Program-made: the position numbers and the translations under genes
Notes under the pieces: model-generated
The model's database searches: none
The model's input: the letters and a program-made list of their open reading frames with translations, nothing else
Told to the model about the DNA's origin: nothing
Source of the DNA: Negaprion brevirostris
Lineage: Eukaryota
Length of the DNA stretch: 64,000 nucleotides
Reading direction: 5' to 3'
Assembly (NCBI GenBank): GCA_030324005.1
Contig: JARDVH010000140.1
Span: 20,681,956-20,745,955 of the forward strand
Part shown: positions 25,086-39,049 of the stretch, in pieces
Position numbering within the stretch: position 1 is the stretch's first letter
Layout of the letters: the number at the start of each line of letters is the position of its first letter

Positions 25086-26588
25086 CACAATTTTAACAAG
25101 GATTCTTATGGGAACTAATATTTGCTTTGTTGTTTTGCCTAAAATCATGATTTTCAGGAATACAATCACAATTTTAATTAAGGACTTAACAGCATTTCTA
25201 GCTGACTGTCCATACTATTCAGACATTGCAGAAGGTGAATGCTCTACTACTATGAAACACTCCACCTCCTGGTTGAGTGAAGAACAGTCAAAATTACTCT
25301 GAACTGATTGACAAATTTAAAATTTCCTTGGCCATGTATAATCTTAATTGGGAAGACTCTGCTATAATCCTCAGGGCTGTGGGGCAACCTGGTCTCCTGT
25401 AAGATCGTCGACAGGGTATCCTATGCTTTTTGCATGAACATGCAATGGAATATTTCCGAATTGTGACCATTATTTTTCCAAGAGTTTTCAGTAATGATGG
25501 TGCAGTACTTTTTGATCACGTCTACAAACACTTAAAATTTGGAATTGTTGTCACTGATAACTTCAGTAGCTGCAGTCCATTTGCAGTACAACTCTAAACT
25601 GTTACAGTGTCTCGCACATATTTTACCAAGATCAACCAATCACTATATCCCATCCACTTGTGTTGCTTTCGAATATTTGTGTTTACGCTGTGAATATAGA
25701 ACATAGCAGGGAAAGGAGCATTTTAAAAAGAACAAACAGAGTAAATGTAATGTTCATGTTTGTCGCTATTTAATCTTTTAGAATAATAAATCGCCTTGGT
25801 GCTGAGGTTTATACCTTGATAAGGGCTTCTAAGGATGAGAGTCAACGTTTAATAAATTGCACTTTTAAATGCTGCAGAAATAATTTTCTGGTACCCAGAG
25901 CACGCAGGAACCGTGTTACTTCTAGAGTACTGGTGATGGTATCCCTTTAAGATACCCTTTCATAGCCTCGGTAAATAAAACATTGCAGCACAAGGGTCCG
26001 CTCTGAAATCGTTTGGCCCAATAATTCCATTCACTTACAAGGAGAAACATGCACATGCAGTTTCTTCCTTGGCACCGCTTTGATTATTCATGGGGTGGGG
26101 GAAGGAAAGCAGAGGAAGAAAATAAACAATTACACCATTCTCCAGTGCACACACACGGCAAGGAGCCAATTGGATGGTGGGTAAAGCATCTCCGAAATCG
26201 TGTGTAATGAGTAGGAAAAGATTAGACGCAGTTCTTGCTATGCTGAAAATTGACATTAGTGAAAACTCTTTACTCGACGACCTAGGAGGTCCAATTCAAG
26301 TTGGATAAAAAGCACATCCAGATACGTTCGGATTGGTCTTCTGCACATTTTTATGTGGCTAAAAGATTATCAAGATAATGCAAAATTAAATTATGAAACT
26401 CACTGAATATTTAGTTGGGGGGTATCCATATGCTAGGGTTTAGTTAGGCAGGCCAGCAGTGACCCACGACAGGAAGAAATCAGCCGTGAAATTTACCAGA
26501 AATTAACACCAGGGTCGTTGTCTCAGCATGAGTGGTTTGATAGGATGCGAATCCCTGTGAAATTAACCACTCTCTTCTTCCCCTCCAG

Positions 26589-26766
26589 ACATGTATGATC
26601 AAGTGCTAAAGTTTGGTGCATACATCGTCGATGGGTTGCGAGAGTACAAGCAGCCCATGCTCGTGTACATCCCCCCGAATGCAGAGCTGAGAGGTGGCTC
26701 GTGGGTAGTCATTGACCCCACCATCAATCCCAGGCACATGGAGATGTATGCAGACAAGGAGAGCAG
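26589..26766 (+). CDS. ACACA: ACACA coding exon: (D)[58 protein letters not shown](R)
   Basis: Within ORF 26591-26806; [11 protein letters not shown] active-site motif; ctccAG acceptor, GTatgg donor; 178 nt. Confidence 0.97.
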
Positions 26767-28499
26767 GTATGGAAATCGACACAGCTCTGATTGCACTGGT
26801 GGTTAACCCTTCCTATACTCACTTGCCCATTCATACTTTTCACTTTAGACAAATAGACAGTGTCATCCACAGTTAAGATGTCACAGACCTGGAGCTTTTG
26901 AAACATGCTAATTTCAGTGCCTTTAAACAGGGTTAACAAAATATGTACAATAAGTGAGTATGGAAAGTGAAAAAATTACTAAGTTATCCCTGTTCTCCAA
27001 TGTTAATCAGGAGCTCACAGGACACTACCAACGAGATTTAGCCCAATTTGTCGCAAAAATTGTTACTACTAAGCCACTGAAATTCAGCAAATGAATAGTC
27101 TTATTCTTGTGGCTTAAAGAAGCATTTTTATTTAAAGCAGGACTGGCTGAGATATGCATTGGATTTCCTCAAAGTTCTGGAAGAATATAAAGAGCTATCC
27201 CTCTGTAGGAGTCACTGCTGCATGGAAGGTTGGGGTGGGATAGTGGACAGTTCTCATTTATTTCATCAGTTCTGTGGTGAATGGTCTTTGTGTTTTATTT
27301 TTCCATTCCCCATTGAAAATTTTGCTCTGAATCCATGTTTCTAGATGTTCTGTGAAAGGAAAGCTCAGTGTAATCTGACAACTCTAAGACTCCCAAGACT
27401 GAACCGATTCAGTCTGACTTCACGCAGAATTTCTCTACATGCAATGAAGGATGCTGGCCTTGTTCGCATTGTGTCTGTGACAATGCTGTAAACTATATAT
27501 ATTAAAAAAAGTATATAACATATATACACGCACATGTATATAAAAATATATAAATATATATGGATGAAATGTAATTATTATTTGCCTTCCCATGTTTTTG
27601 TGTTATTTTATCTATATTAGCTAATCCATTATCTAGTTCTCTAAGGTTGTGGGTAACCTGCCCCTGCACTTGTACTCCCCCCATTTTGTATTGCTGTTAG
27701 TCAGTCTGCTGAAAAGTGTCTGCAAGAGGAGTTAGGAACATGCTCTATGGTTGTTTTGCTTTCTCCCTGGCCTGCCCTTTTTATTTGCTGCTTTGTCCTC
27801 TGGTATTTAGAGGAGGAGGTTCAAAACCTGCTGTTCGGATCACTGTTGATGCTGTGAGTGGGCATCAAAATGACACCAAAGATGGCCAGACCGATTTTTG
27901 TAGTTTCCCTCTCTCCCTTTCGCACATGGGAACAGATTTCTGCTGGTGTTTCCTCATCCACCGTGCCCTCCCCCCTCATATCCTCCATCTGTAACAAGTG
28001 TAGTCATGACACTGCATTGCCAAGTTACCGTGCTATAACAGTATCTCTGCTGTGAAACTCGTATTNNNNNNNNNNNNNNNNNNNNNNNNNNNNNNNNNNN
28101 NNNNNNNNNGCAGTTTTTTTTTGACGGCTTTAATCTGGGCCTGGCTTTTCACCAAACTTGGTTGTTCCTGCCAAGTTCTCACACCATCTCTCATACAGAA
28201 AATATTGTTGAGAAGCACAGATTGCAGCTTGACATAGCTGGAAAATTGCTACTAATAATCAAGCGTTGAACCTTAAGAAATGAAACATTGGCACAGTTCT
28301 CAAGAGATAGCAAAATCTTCTTGAAAAACGGAAACAAAGCATGCCACCCCTGTCTCCTCTCCCTCCCCCTCTTGAACTGAGTGAGTTCCTAGTTATTCAA
28401 AGGTCCAGACTATATATTTTTTTAAATGCTGTGACTTTAATTTATGCCTTGAATAATTGCATGGTTAATTAGCCTATAAATGGGTTTTGCTTATTACAG

Positions 28500-28612
28500 A
28501 GGTGGTGTACTGGAGCCAGAGGGGACGGTGGAGATCAAATTCCGGAAGAAAGACTTGGTGAAAACAATGCGGCGAGTGGACCCCGTCTACATGAGCCTGG
28601 CTGAGCGTTTGG
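28500..28612 (+). CDS. ACACA: ACACA coding exon: (R)[37 protein letters not shown](G)
   Basis: GVLEPEGxVEIKFR motif; ttacAG acceptor, weak GTgtgt donor; 113 nt, phase fits next exon. Confidence 0.95.
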
Positions 28613-30227
28613 GTGTGTACAATTTAATCTCTATCCCTTTCCCTACCCCCACCCCCTCCCCAAGTTTCATATGGATTAANNNNNNNNNNTGGATGGCTGG
28701 TCTCATATTTAAATGCATTCTTTTGATTCATTAATACACTGTAGCTTTTATTTATTATTTTAAATCAGTTTTCTCACAGTTTAATTTGATTACAGCCTGG
28801 AGGTGACAGGCCTTGGGCTCAACTTGAGGAGCTCATTTGTGAGATTGTGATCTGTATGATCTACCGTCATGGTTACCAAATCTAAATTAACAAGCAATTA
28901 TTTTTTTTAAACTCCCCAGTTAATTTACTTAGCTTCACCTCTTTAGAGCGTTACGTGTCTTTGGAGCCCCGTTGTCCTAGCCAAAAGGTTGTAAAAGGTG
29001 ATGCTCTCAGTTGTCTGGCAGTATAGCTGTTGAATTCTTGTAGATGTTTGAGTGAATCCCCAAAGCATCAGCTGCTGATTCTTCTCTCCTTTTCCATATG
29101 GANNNNNNNNNNNNNNNNNNNNNNNNNNNNNNNNNNNNNNNNNNNNNNNNNNNNNNNNNNNNNNNNNNNNNNNNNNNNNNNNNNNNNNNNNNNNNNNNNN
29201 NNGTAAATAGTGCTAAGGTGGTCAATAAGGAATTAATTTTCTATAAACCTCTACTGAAATCAAGAAAGCAAAACAACACAATACAAAGTAATACAAATAT
29301 GTGAAGTTCTTGATTCTCCATTATCACAGCACATTTTGGATGCCATACTAACAGTGTTTTCCAGATATAACCCAATGTGGAGTGATGCCCGACAAGTTTG
29401 ACTTTGATGACTGTAGCAGAGAAAAGTTAACATTTTTAAGTTTGGTACCAATAGGCACTTATACACCCGAGGTCAAACTCATTCTACCATTTGTGGGTCA
29501 GCAAAATGGTAAATTTTACATTTGAACTCCTATGCAAGATTCACACCGACAGAAGGTATTATTACCAATTTCTCATCTACCTTAGATAATTTCAGGTACA
29601 GTGGTGTGGATCATTCCCACAAGCAGTTTGAGCATCTCACTTTCAACAAGGTGCTTGTACTATCCAATATCTAAAAATATATGGAAGTATAAACCAAGGA
29701 TGTAACAACAGACTAGAATCACAGTCTTGTTATGATGTAGGAGGGCATTCGGCCCATTGTGCCTGCACTGGCTCTCCAAATGAGTATTATAACTTGGTAT
29801 TATATAGAATTATATTTTTATATAATCATTGAACACCCTTGTGACCGTAACTGGCAACTTATAAACTGCAAAAAACTGTATTTTGGTTTCTAGGTTCCTC
29901 AATGTCTTATTTTAAAGCTGGCTGACTGTTCAAGTGCTACTTTCCCTGTACTATCTGAATATTCCATTCCTGTGCAGGGTGGCCTCTTAACTTCCAGCAT
30001 CCATAAAGTTCTGCTGCCCATAGGCTCACACAAAGTTCATCCACAATCCTTACACTATCTAAATTGATTTCCAGTCCAGAAACACCAAAATTTTAATATT
30101 ATCCTTGTTTCTAAATCCTTCATTCCTCCCTATCTCTGTCACCTCATGCAGCCCTACAACTCAGCTTTCTGCACTACTGCAATTTCACATAGTTCTGCAG
30201 TACATACCAGAACAGTTACCCATGAAT

Positions 30228-30430
30228 GAAGATGTGCAGATTAGCTGAATTGGTCAAGCTAAATTGCCTTTAGTGTCCCAGGTTGTATAGGTTAGATGGA
30301 TTAACCATGGTAAATGTGGGGTTACGGCGATGGGGTATAGGAACGAACCTGAATAAGAAACTCTATCAGAGAGTCAGTGCAGACTCGATGGGCTGAATGG
30401 TCCCCTTCTACACTGTATGGATTCTATGAA
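30228..30430 (+). mobile_element. 5'-truncated HE1 SINE
   Basis: aagatgtgcagattag...gctaaattgcctttagtgtcc...gcagactcgatgggctgaatgg...gattctatga. Confidence 0.75.
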
Positions 30431-31550
30431 ATGTTAAGACAAATTAAAACCTGGTCTAACTCCTGGGTAACTACACCTTGACTATGTCCCAACCATCACC
30501 CTGACCTGACACAACCACTCCTCCAACCCAACCACCCTCCTGACCTGATTATCCCCCAGACCCAACTACCCCCAATGCGACTGTCCCACCTTACTAATAC
30601 CATGACCTGACTATCCAGTCACCCACCAAATCCCTAAGCCACATCATTCACTTAGACATCTCATTCACATACCCGTTCATTCATTGACCCATTCACTAAC
30701 TTTCAAAATTAACAAATAAACTTGCATACAGCAGCTACGATTGAAAATAAAAAACACGTTCCGTTTTTGTGATTCACTCCGTTTCAATGGATTTCCCCGA
30801 GTGGAGCTGTGCTGCGCATTTCGGTGAAAGATGGGTTTGGAAGACCATGATAGAAATGTCCAGGGGGATTTATGAACTCAGCAGCGATCGGGTTATCATT
30901 GTCACTGCTCAGAAAATCTGGGTCTATGACTCCACATGAAGAAGCGCAAGGTCTCCAACACTTTCCCAGAGATTCCTCAATAGCCCAATCAACCAAGCAG
31001 ATTATTAATTCTTTCTCACCAGACCCATCATACTGACCTAACAAAAACAGACCTAACCAGGACCTGGTGCTGTTGTTCTGTTATGTTACCAAGGACAGGA
31101 TAACTAATGGTCAGTGCTGCTGTCTAAATATTTCTTGCCAAATCTTTTAAAATACACTTTCAAAATACATTAAACACAAAAAAAACTTCCTCTTGAAAGA
31201 AAAATGAGAATGTCTGAAAATGTCACATCTCTTCTCTCCAGAATAGATCTCATATGCTTACATCTACAGCTTGCCTGAATTGACTATGTATTTAGGTATT
31301 TTACAATACCCAGGAACAGTAACATGGAAACCTGAATGAGGCACTCTTGTACTGATGATTCTGACAGAAATATAAGGGGACAGAATTACAATACTCAAGT
31401 ATAAACTTTTTTTTATACAATTACATAAGGATATACAAAGGAATACAGGAGCTTATAACTTTGACTTAGTTGACAGGTTACATTGCTCCCAGTTTAATAA
31501 AAAAAGATAGCAGCTATTATAATAAAATGTCCAATGAAAATGATATTACT

Positions 31551-32041
31551 TACTTGAGAAAGGCTATACTAGCACTGGAGGGAGTGCAGAGGAGATTCAA
31601 TAGGTTGATTCCGGAGTTGAGAGGGTTGGCTTATGAGGAGAGACTGAGTAGACTAGGGCTATGTTCGTTGGAATTCAGAAGAATGAGGGGAAATCTTATC
31701 AAAACATATAGGGTTCTGAAGGGAATAGATAAGATAGAAGCAGGGAAGTTGTTTTCACTGCCGGGTGAAACTACAACGAGGAAGCATGGCCTCCAAAATA
31801 AGGGGGAATAGATTTAGGACTGAGTTGAGGAACAACTTCTTCACACGAAGGGTTGTGAATCTGTGGAATTCCTGCCTAGTAAAGCAGTTGAGGCTACCTC
31901 ATAGCATGTTTTTAGGCAAGGATAGATAAATTTTTGAACAGTAAAGGGTTATGGTGAGTAGGCGGGTAAGTGGAGCTGAGTTCACGAAAAGATCGTGATC
32001 TTATTGAATGGCAGAGCAGGCTCAAGGGGCCAGATGGCCTT
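31551..32041 (+). mobile_element. CR1 LINE 3' end
   Basis: YLRKAILALEGVQRRFNRLIPELRGLAYEERLSRLGLCSLEFRRMRGNLI, NFFTRRVVNLWNS, and a CR1 tail. Confidence 0.9.
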
Positions 32042-32215
32042 CTACGTCCTTACCTGGTCTGGCTGACATGTGACTCCTGATCCACAGCAATGTGGTTGAC
32101 TCTCAATGATGTCTGAAATGGCCTAGGAAACCATTCAGCTCAAAGGAGACTCGGGATGGGCAATGAATGTTGGCCAGCCAGTGATGCCCACGTCCTATGA
32201 ATTTTAAAAAAAAAC
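32041..32215 (+). mobile_element. SINE/LINE 3' end with L2/CR1-type tail
   Basis: ...gggatgggcaatgaatgttggccagccagtgatgcccacgtcctatgaa + A-run; the same tail occurs at 39845-39895. Confidence 0.55.
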
Positions 32216-32569
32216 CTCCCCTGGAAGCGTGAGCCAGTGATTCATTAAGCTATGCAGATCAGGGGGGCCTCAGGTTTGACTCCCCAAGAGCGCTGCTTGC
32301 TCTCTAAGTAGGTTAGCTTATTGACAAGTTATGTCAAGGCTTATATGCAGATGATGGGTACTCAGAAGAAAATAGAGAGGGTAATCAGTGCAATGAAACT
32401 GTATTCCAGTAAGGAATCACTGTTTTAGAGGAGGAGTTAGTGAGAATAAGAAAATGTGGTGGTCCCTGCCCAGAAGTCATTCCTACCATTTTGTGACTAA
32501 TATAACCAAAGCTGCAGTTGTTATTAGGTGAGGACAATGTTCAATATTTTTCACAAATCATCTGATACT

Positions 32570-33240
32570 GCATCAGTCTATGCCTATGTGCAACAAGATT
32601 GAGACAACATTAAGGCTTGGGCTGACAAAGTGGCATGGTAACATTTGTGCCAGGCAATGACCATCTCTAACAAGAGAGAACCTAACTATCTCCCCCTTTG
32701 GCATTCGCTGTAATTACCATCACTGAATCGCCCACCATCAATATCCTGGGGGACGCCGTTGATTGGAACTTTAACTGGATCAGCCATATAGCACTGTGGC
32801 TACAAGAACTGATCAGAGGCTGGGAATTATATGCGATGTAACTCAACTCCTGACTCCTCGAAACCTGTCCACAGTCTCCATGCACTCCAGTCAGGAGTGT
32901 GATGGAATATTATCAACTTAGATAAGTTTAAAAAAAAAGAACTGCTCCAACAGTAAAGAAATTTGGCACTATTCAGGACAAAGCAGCCTGCTTGATAGGG
33001 ACCTCATCCACCATCTTTAAAAATACACTCCCTCCACCACTGATGCACATTGGCAACATTGTTGCAGCAATCTTCTAAAGCTGTAACCACTCTCACCTAG
33101 ATTGGGCAGCAGATGCACGGAAGCACCACTATCTGCCAGTTCCCCTCCTGGCCGCACACCATCCCGTCTCTGAACTACATCGTCGTGCCTTCATTGTCAC
33201 TGGGTCAAAATCATGGAACCCTCTCCCAAAAAAGGGAGGC
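32570..33240 (+). mobile_element. L2/CR1-superfamily LINE RT C-terminal fragment
   Basis: DNIKAWADK...QAMTISNKRE.NYLP...ITITESPTINILG...LNWISHI...QVRSVMEY-like remnants. Confidence 0.75.
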
Positions 33241-34599
33241 TACCTGAGTGTACTTGACAGGTTCTCTACATGGCATACAAATGTTCAGGCAACATTTGGG
33301 TCTCCATTCAGATGACCAATTGATCTTCTCTGACAACTCAAACAGTTTTCGGGGAGGGAGGGAGGGGGAACAGGCCCACCCAACTATGCAGCTCCGCCAC
33401 TCCAAACTGCCAATAGACTGTTCTTGTACCTCCCTTGGTGCGTTGCGCAAAAAAAACCACTTGAAGCAATCTATTCACATGTGCTCTTCTTTGGGGATGA
33501 ATGCTGCGAACTAGTTTGGAAGAGTATAGAAAAGATTAATCGCTTTAATTTCTTTCAAAATGTATATGCATTTCTAATAGTTCAAACTCTGAAACCAACC
33601 AATTATAGATAATATTTGAATGCAGAATTTCATTGTGAGGTACTTTTATAAAATCGTGCTCTACAGAAAATCCAACATGGGATTACATTTTAAACGAGCA
33701 TGATAAAGAAGCTCCTGGCACAACACAGGAAAACAACGTCCCCATCAATTCTTCACTTTATTTATTTTGAGCACGCAAACCGAAGGAAAATGCTCAAAAA
33801 ATGATAGCTGTCCTTTCAAATCACAGTTTAAGTAAGCGAAAGAGCTTGTCACTTTGAACAACTTGCGTTCAAGAGCTGTAAAAGCATTAGTTGTTGATAA
33901 AGACCTCAGTTGGATGAGTCATAATTGCTCTCAACAAAGAATTTGATTGTTAAAAACCCGGCCTAATGGAAGGAGAGCAGCTACTGCAGCCCTGTAGAAG
34001 CTCTCTCGCACAAAGAATTGCATAATTTTGCTTTTATGGCTAATTTAAGATTTTTTCCAAACTCCTGGTTATTCTGGATCACTGACCTTTGATGTTTACC
34101 TCACTCCATTTGCTACAAACAAGCAGTTAGACTGTGGTTCCTGCTGAATCCAATAGTGGCTTCATTTGTCTTTCACCTCATACTTCAGGCTTACTGTCTA
34201 TTACAGAGAATTTTGGAGCCATTTAACCCCTTAAAAGACTGAATGTCTGTTGCAGATCATCTTGTCAAACTCTGCGCTGGTAATCTGATGCCAGTGTGGA
34301 GATAATGAGCGATCATGGGCAAGAACTTTTAATCCTACATGGGACTAAAGTGGTGATTATTCACGGGCTCAGGATTTCAGCGTCTGTTGCTCTAGCTTAG
34401 CCCAGTTTGGGTTTGGTTGGGTTCTCCCACTGAAACAGTACCCTGAAAGGCTGCTTAACGGGTCATTTGTCTTATTTGATGTGGATGATCTCTTAGGCTC
34501 AGATGTTTCCCTACTTGACAACAGTGGCTGCACTTCATTGAATATGAAATGTCTGAAGTTCCAAAGTTTTTTCCAGTTTGCAACATTCTATATTTACCA

Positions 34600-35095
34600 G
34601 TGCTTTCATAGCATAGAGGGAGACCATTGAGCTCATCGAGTACATGCTGGCTCTCTGTAGAGTAACTCAGTAGTCCCATTCTCTGCTCCATTCCCAAAGC
34701 CCTGTAAGTTTATTTCCCTCAGATGTCTGTCTGATTTTGCTTTGAAATAATTCATCATGTCCACTTCCATCTCTTGGTACATTTAAAATGAAATCTTCCC
34801 CTCATACCCCCTGCATCTCTTGCTTAAAACCGTAAATCTCTCTTCCCCAGTCCTAGTACAATAACTAAACCTGTCATAATCTTGTGCACCTCATAACAAA
34901 TTCCCCCTTCAATCTCCTTCATTCCAAGCAGAAAAGCCCCAACTTCTTGAACCTAAATTGTAGCTAAATACCCTCATCCCTGAAGCACTTTCGCACCCTC
35001 TCACATCTTTCCTAAATTGTGGTGATCAGAACTGGACACAATGCTCTTGTGGCCATAGTGGAGCTTTATACTAATTTTAGCATATCTTCCCTACT
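34600..35095 (-). mobile_element. Degraded CR1 3' fragment
   Basis: Reverse-complement CR1 tail plus tggtgatcagaactggacacaatgctc (EHCVQFxSP). Confidence 0.55.
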
Positions 35096-38000
35096 TTGTG
35101 ACAAGATTTGAAGCTGATTCTCCCTATTTACAAATGGTATTTCCATTCATTCCCTTGAGCAAATCCTACTTTTTTTCAGCACCTTCAGTAATTCTCATTT
35201 ATATTAGGGGGAATTCCATGTCCATCATCCTCTGGCAACCCCACCAGCTCCAACTATTATCAAGGCCTAGAGCCAAAGGTCTTTTCGTTGACTGCCAATA
35301 AGTTTAATGAAGATAGTTAATTAAAATGGAGTGTTCCAATTGGCTGGCCAGCAGGCATCAATTCTCACGAGTGCCCCACACTCTTTGACAGCAATTTGAA
35401 TATTTGAACAGCATGCCATGCATTCTTCAGGGACCACTTTCGTCTGAACCAACTACTAATCACTTTAATTTAGGAATGGGGAGTCTCAACCTGCTAAAAA
35501 CACTGAGCTTTCCAGCTTTGTCTTCTCTGATATAATTCCAGAAGTTTTTACAGCCATAGGTATTAAAAGCTATAGCTGCTAAATGGACAATATTCTGATT
35601 GTCAACATGGTTTGGGATCACGCTGTAATGGGAAGCCCCTGTTAACATTTTTTCTTCTTACTTGGCTTGTTGGTTGGGTGAAAAGAAAAAAGGTAACGCT
35701 TCTGTCAGCAGCAGATGGTTATTCACTAGGTTCCTGCATGTTAAATTGTATGCAGCACAAAATGGAGTCATAAATGCCAGCATTCTCAGTTGAGTTAGCT
35801 GAAGTCAGCTGGAGTAACTTTAAAGACACTGCAGTTGACCATGTCGTCCCTTAGCTGGTGAGGAGATCGTCAGCCAGTGCTGCTTCTCCTGATTGCTATA
35901 TTGTAACACCCATGATTGAATATGCTACTTGCACATGGATGGTCCACTTTGGTGAGGTACCAAAGAGCAAGTGGCTTCACTACAGACCGAGAAACTGANN
36001 NNNNNNNNNNNNNNNNNNNNNNNNNNNNNNNNNNNNNNNNNNNNNNNNNNNNNNNNNNNNNNNNNNNNNNNNNNNNNNNNNNNNNNNNNNNNNNNNNNAA
36101 GAGTTCTATGTGTATATTTTGGATTTAATAAAGTATTTCTTCTGGGGGTCCCTCTAGAGTTTGGACTGGGGAACTATCTTCAAGGAAGACTGTCTCCAAG
36201 GAAAATTGCATGATGACATTTTTTAGTCAGGGGAAGAGGGATGTATGTCATTTCATTATTGGAACATGAAATGTGAGTGAGGTAGTGATACATTTTAACA
36301 CTTACATTAGTTTCCAAATAGAGCATTTATCAAAAACTCCATTCAGTTAGATCCCTTTAAAGTTTATAGCCTGGAGAGTTCTAAAGGCCCTGAAATGCTT
36401 TTTTTAATATTTTGTTCTAATCTTGACAGAGCAACCTTTGTGCATTTCATTTAAATTAATAGCTGAGCACCAACCCATGTAGGTCTCCTGAGCTCCCCTG
36501 TGCAACATGGTGGTCATATTGTGAAAGACTGCAACCCACTTATTCCCTTGCACAACAAGAGGCATATGATACGACTGCAAATTTGTAGACTGGCAATTTT
36601 ACTGGTTAGTGATGCCATCAGTTGCCCGCAGGTCTGGCTATTTAAATACAGGATTTAGCCAACAGACATGAGATCATATGTATGCAGTCAGCTATCCTAT
36701 TGTGATGAAAGGTATATTTCTATCTCAATACAAGTTTCACTTGAGAGGTATGAGATTTTGACTTTAGACAATAGCACAAAACAGGTGATCGGATCAGCTA
36801 ACTGTTAAATATCTCACTCGATTTTTCATTTCTAGTTCAAAATCACAAATACCTCCCCCCTCACCCCCAGTTGTTTTAATCCCTTACTCTTGTTTTGAAA
36901 TATTTCTGCAATTTAGTCTTGCTCATTTACCTGTGTTTTACGCAATATCATCTCTTTAAGATGCAGCTAATTGGTCATCTTTTATTTGTTTTTGCTAGTA
37001 GTATTATCCATAAATTCTGGTCAGAATGATACAAGTCAAGATTAGTTTTATAATCCTGTTTAATTGGCTGGCATATGGGATGACATGAAAATGTGCAGTT
37101 GCTGGTCAGATATTACTTGTCATTTAATTATTAGAATTATTTCAGAACTTATTTGGAGAAAATTTTAGTCAAGCCCTATATATTTGAAAATAAATGTACA
37201 GACACATTTTAGCAGAAAGATGGAAAATGCTGTCGACTTGGCCTTTAACCCTTTGGAAAGCATTCACAGGGGAAATTTAACAGTCTCTGAAGGAGCTAGG
37301 ATCAATCAATGACTGATTATGTTCTCATTCTGTGCTGGATTGATCTTTTACTGAACTGATGATAACAGGCCTTTGACTGCTTCAAGAGGCAACCTGAGAT
37401 GGGCTTTGACAGGATTGGTTGTGACAGGGATCAATCTGAATCCTGCTAAGTGGTGTGAAAGGCAGGCACCCCAAAGATCTGAGAAAGCTACTGAGATTCA
37501 TTGGGATGCACTTGGTGATGGTGAATTTGCTCTTTCCAAAGAAACCTTTTTGTTTTTTTCTAACTGTAACAGAGAACCAATATCAGAATTCAGCGGGAGA
37601 ACTGAGAAATCAACAGATGCAGCCCTTGAACATTTGCAGTTGGTTGAAAACAAGAGAATGATTTCTTTATGTGGTAATGAGGGTGGCAAAGAAGAAAGTG
37701 GCAGGGCATATCAATACAGGAATGACAGATTAGAACAGACACTTCATTTGAAACAAAAAATACAGAAAACCACTCCTGTTTAATACAGTGCCTTATCAGA
37801 ATTTGCATCATAATTTTCTACTACTTTACAAAATTGCACCTGTGTAGTATTTTGTGTGTTATAAAAGAAAAATATTATTGAAAAGACATGCCTGGCACAT
37901 GAGAGAGAGCCATGCATCAGGTTGTTTCAGAGCACAACCATCATGATTACTGAGCCAAACGCACCTGCCTGAGTTTGAAACTGATATAAATGTCATGGTA

Positions 38001-39049
38001 GCATATTGATCATTATGCCAATGGAATCTTGCTCCTTTTGTTAGATATTTCTTGCTGGTATGAAATCAAAATAAGTTAAAAAGAATAGCCTAGTCAGATA
38101 GCTGAACTGTCTCCAGGCAACGCAGGATGCCAGCGTAACACCTGGACATGTAAGGAGAGGGTTGGGTTAGCACACGACAGCTTTGACTTCCATTTGAACA
38201 GGTACCAAGTCAGCAGAGTTTGAGATCTGAGCTACTTTCCAGACCCTTTGCTCCAGTGCAGCTTTTGATTTCTGAATTGGTAGGAATTCGACTGGCTGCA
38301 GCATGAACTGGCCTAAAGTGCCTGGGTGAGAAGAAGGGACAGTTGTGGGGTCTGTGGGCCTCATCTGAGTCAATAATGACCTGTATATGCATCACCAAAA
38401 ATAAGTTCCCGGGCCATGTCTACCAATGGTCTCTTAAGGACTGCTGGTTAGGACGCATACCACTGGGCACAATGGGCATGATGTGCGCTCTGGCCACTTA
38501 TACCTGAAGATTGCAGTTGGGGTCTGATAGCTGCATGCCACCCTGATATGCTTCTTCACAATACCCTTGTTTAAGACAGGAAGGCTTGCTTACCTGTTCA
38601 CAGACTTGTATCAGACTGGCCTTAACTATGAATGAAGTGCTGACGTGTTTAATTTTCCTTCTTTTTCCTTTGAAATTTCCAGTTGCTGATTGCTCATTTT
38701 TCTGAGAAACATCATTCTATAGCGTTTGTTACAGTTCTTGAGGTTTACCCTGGTGAAGATGAAGGAACTCAAAATATGTTTCTCTCTGCATCAAACAAAA
38801 TAGTTAATCCCCTTAAAGCCAGATTGCTAACTAATGCCTGTGCACAGGAGGGAGCATCCTGTAAGCATACTCCCTTCATCTTATGTTTTACACCTGTACC
38901 CACCACAGCCCTATATTCAATCATGTCTTCTGTTCCCAACAGCTTTTCAGCCTGCATTCAATTCTTTGTCCAATTTGTAAAGCATTTTGTAACCTTTTCT
39001 GTTTGCAGGGCAATATAGAAACCTTAATAGTTAATGCAAAATAATAACT

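Noticed and set aside
27490-27565. AT-rich (TA)n tract
   Set aside because: Ordinary degenerate microsatellite.
37373-37783. 136-aa ORF in the large intron
   Set aside because: Non-ATG start, no domain similarity; the ACACA exons on either side join in frame with nothing missing.
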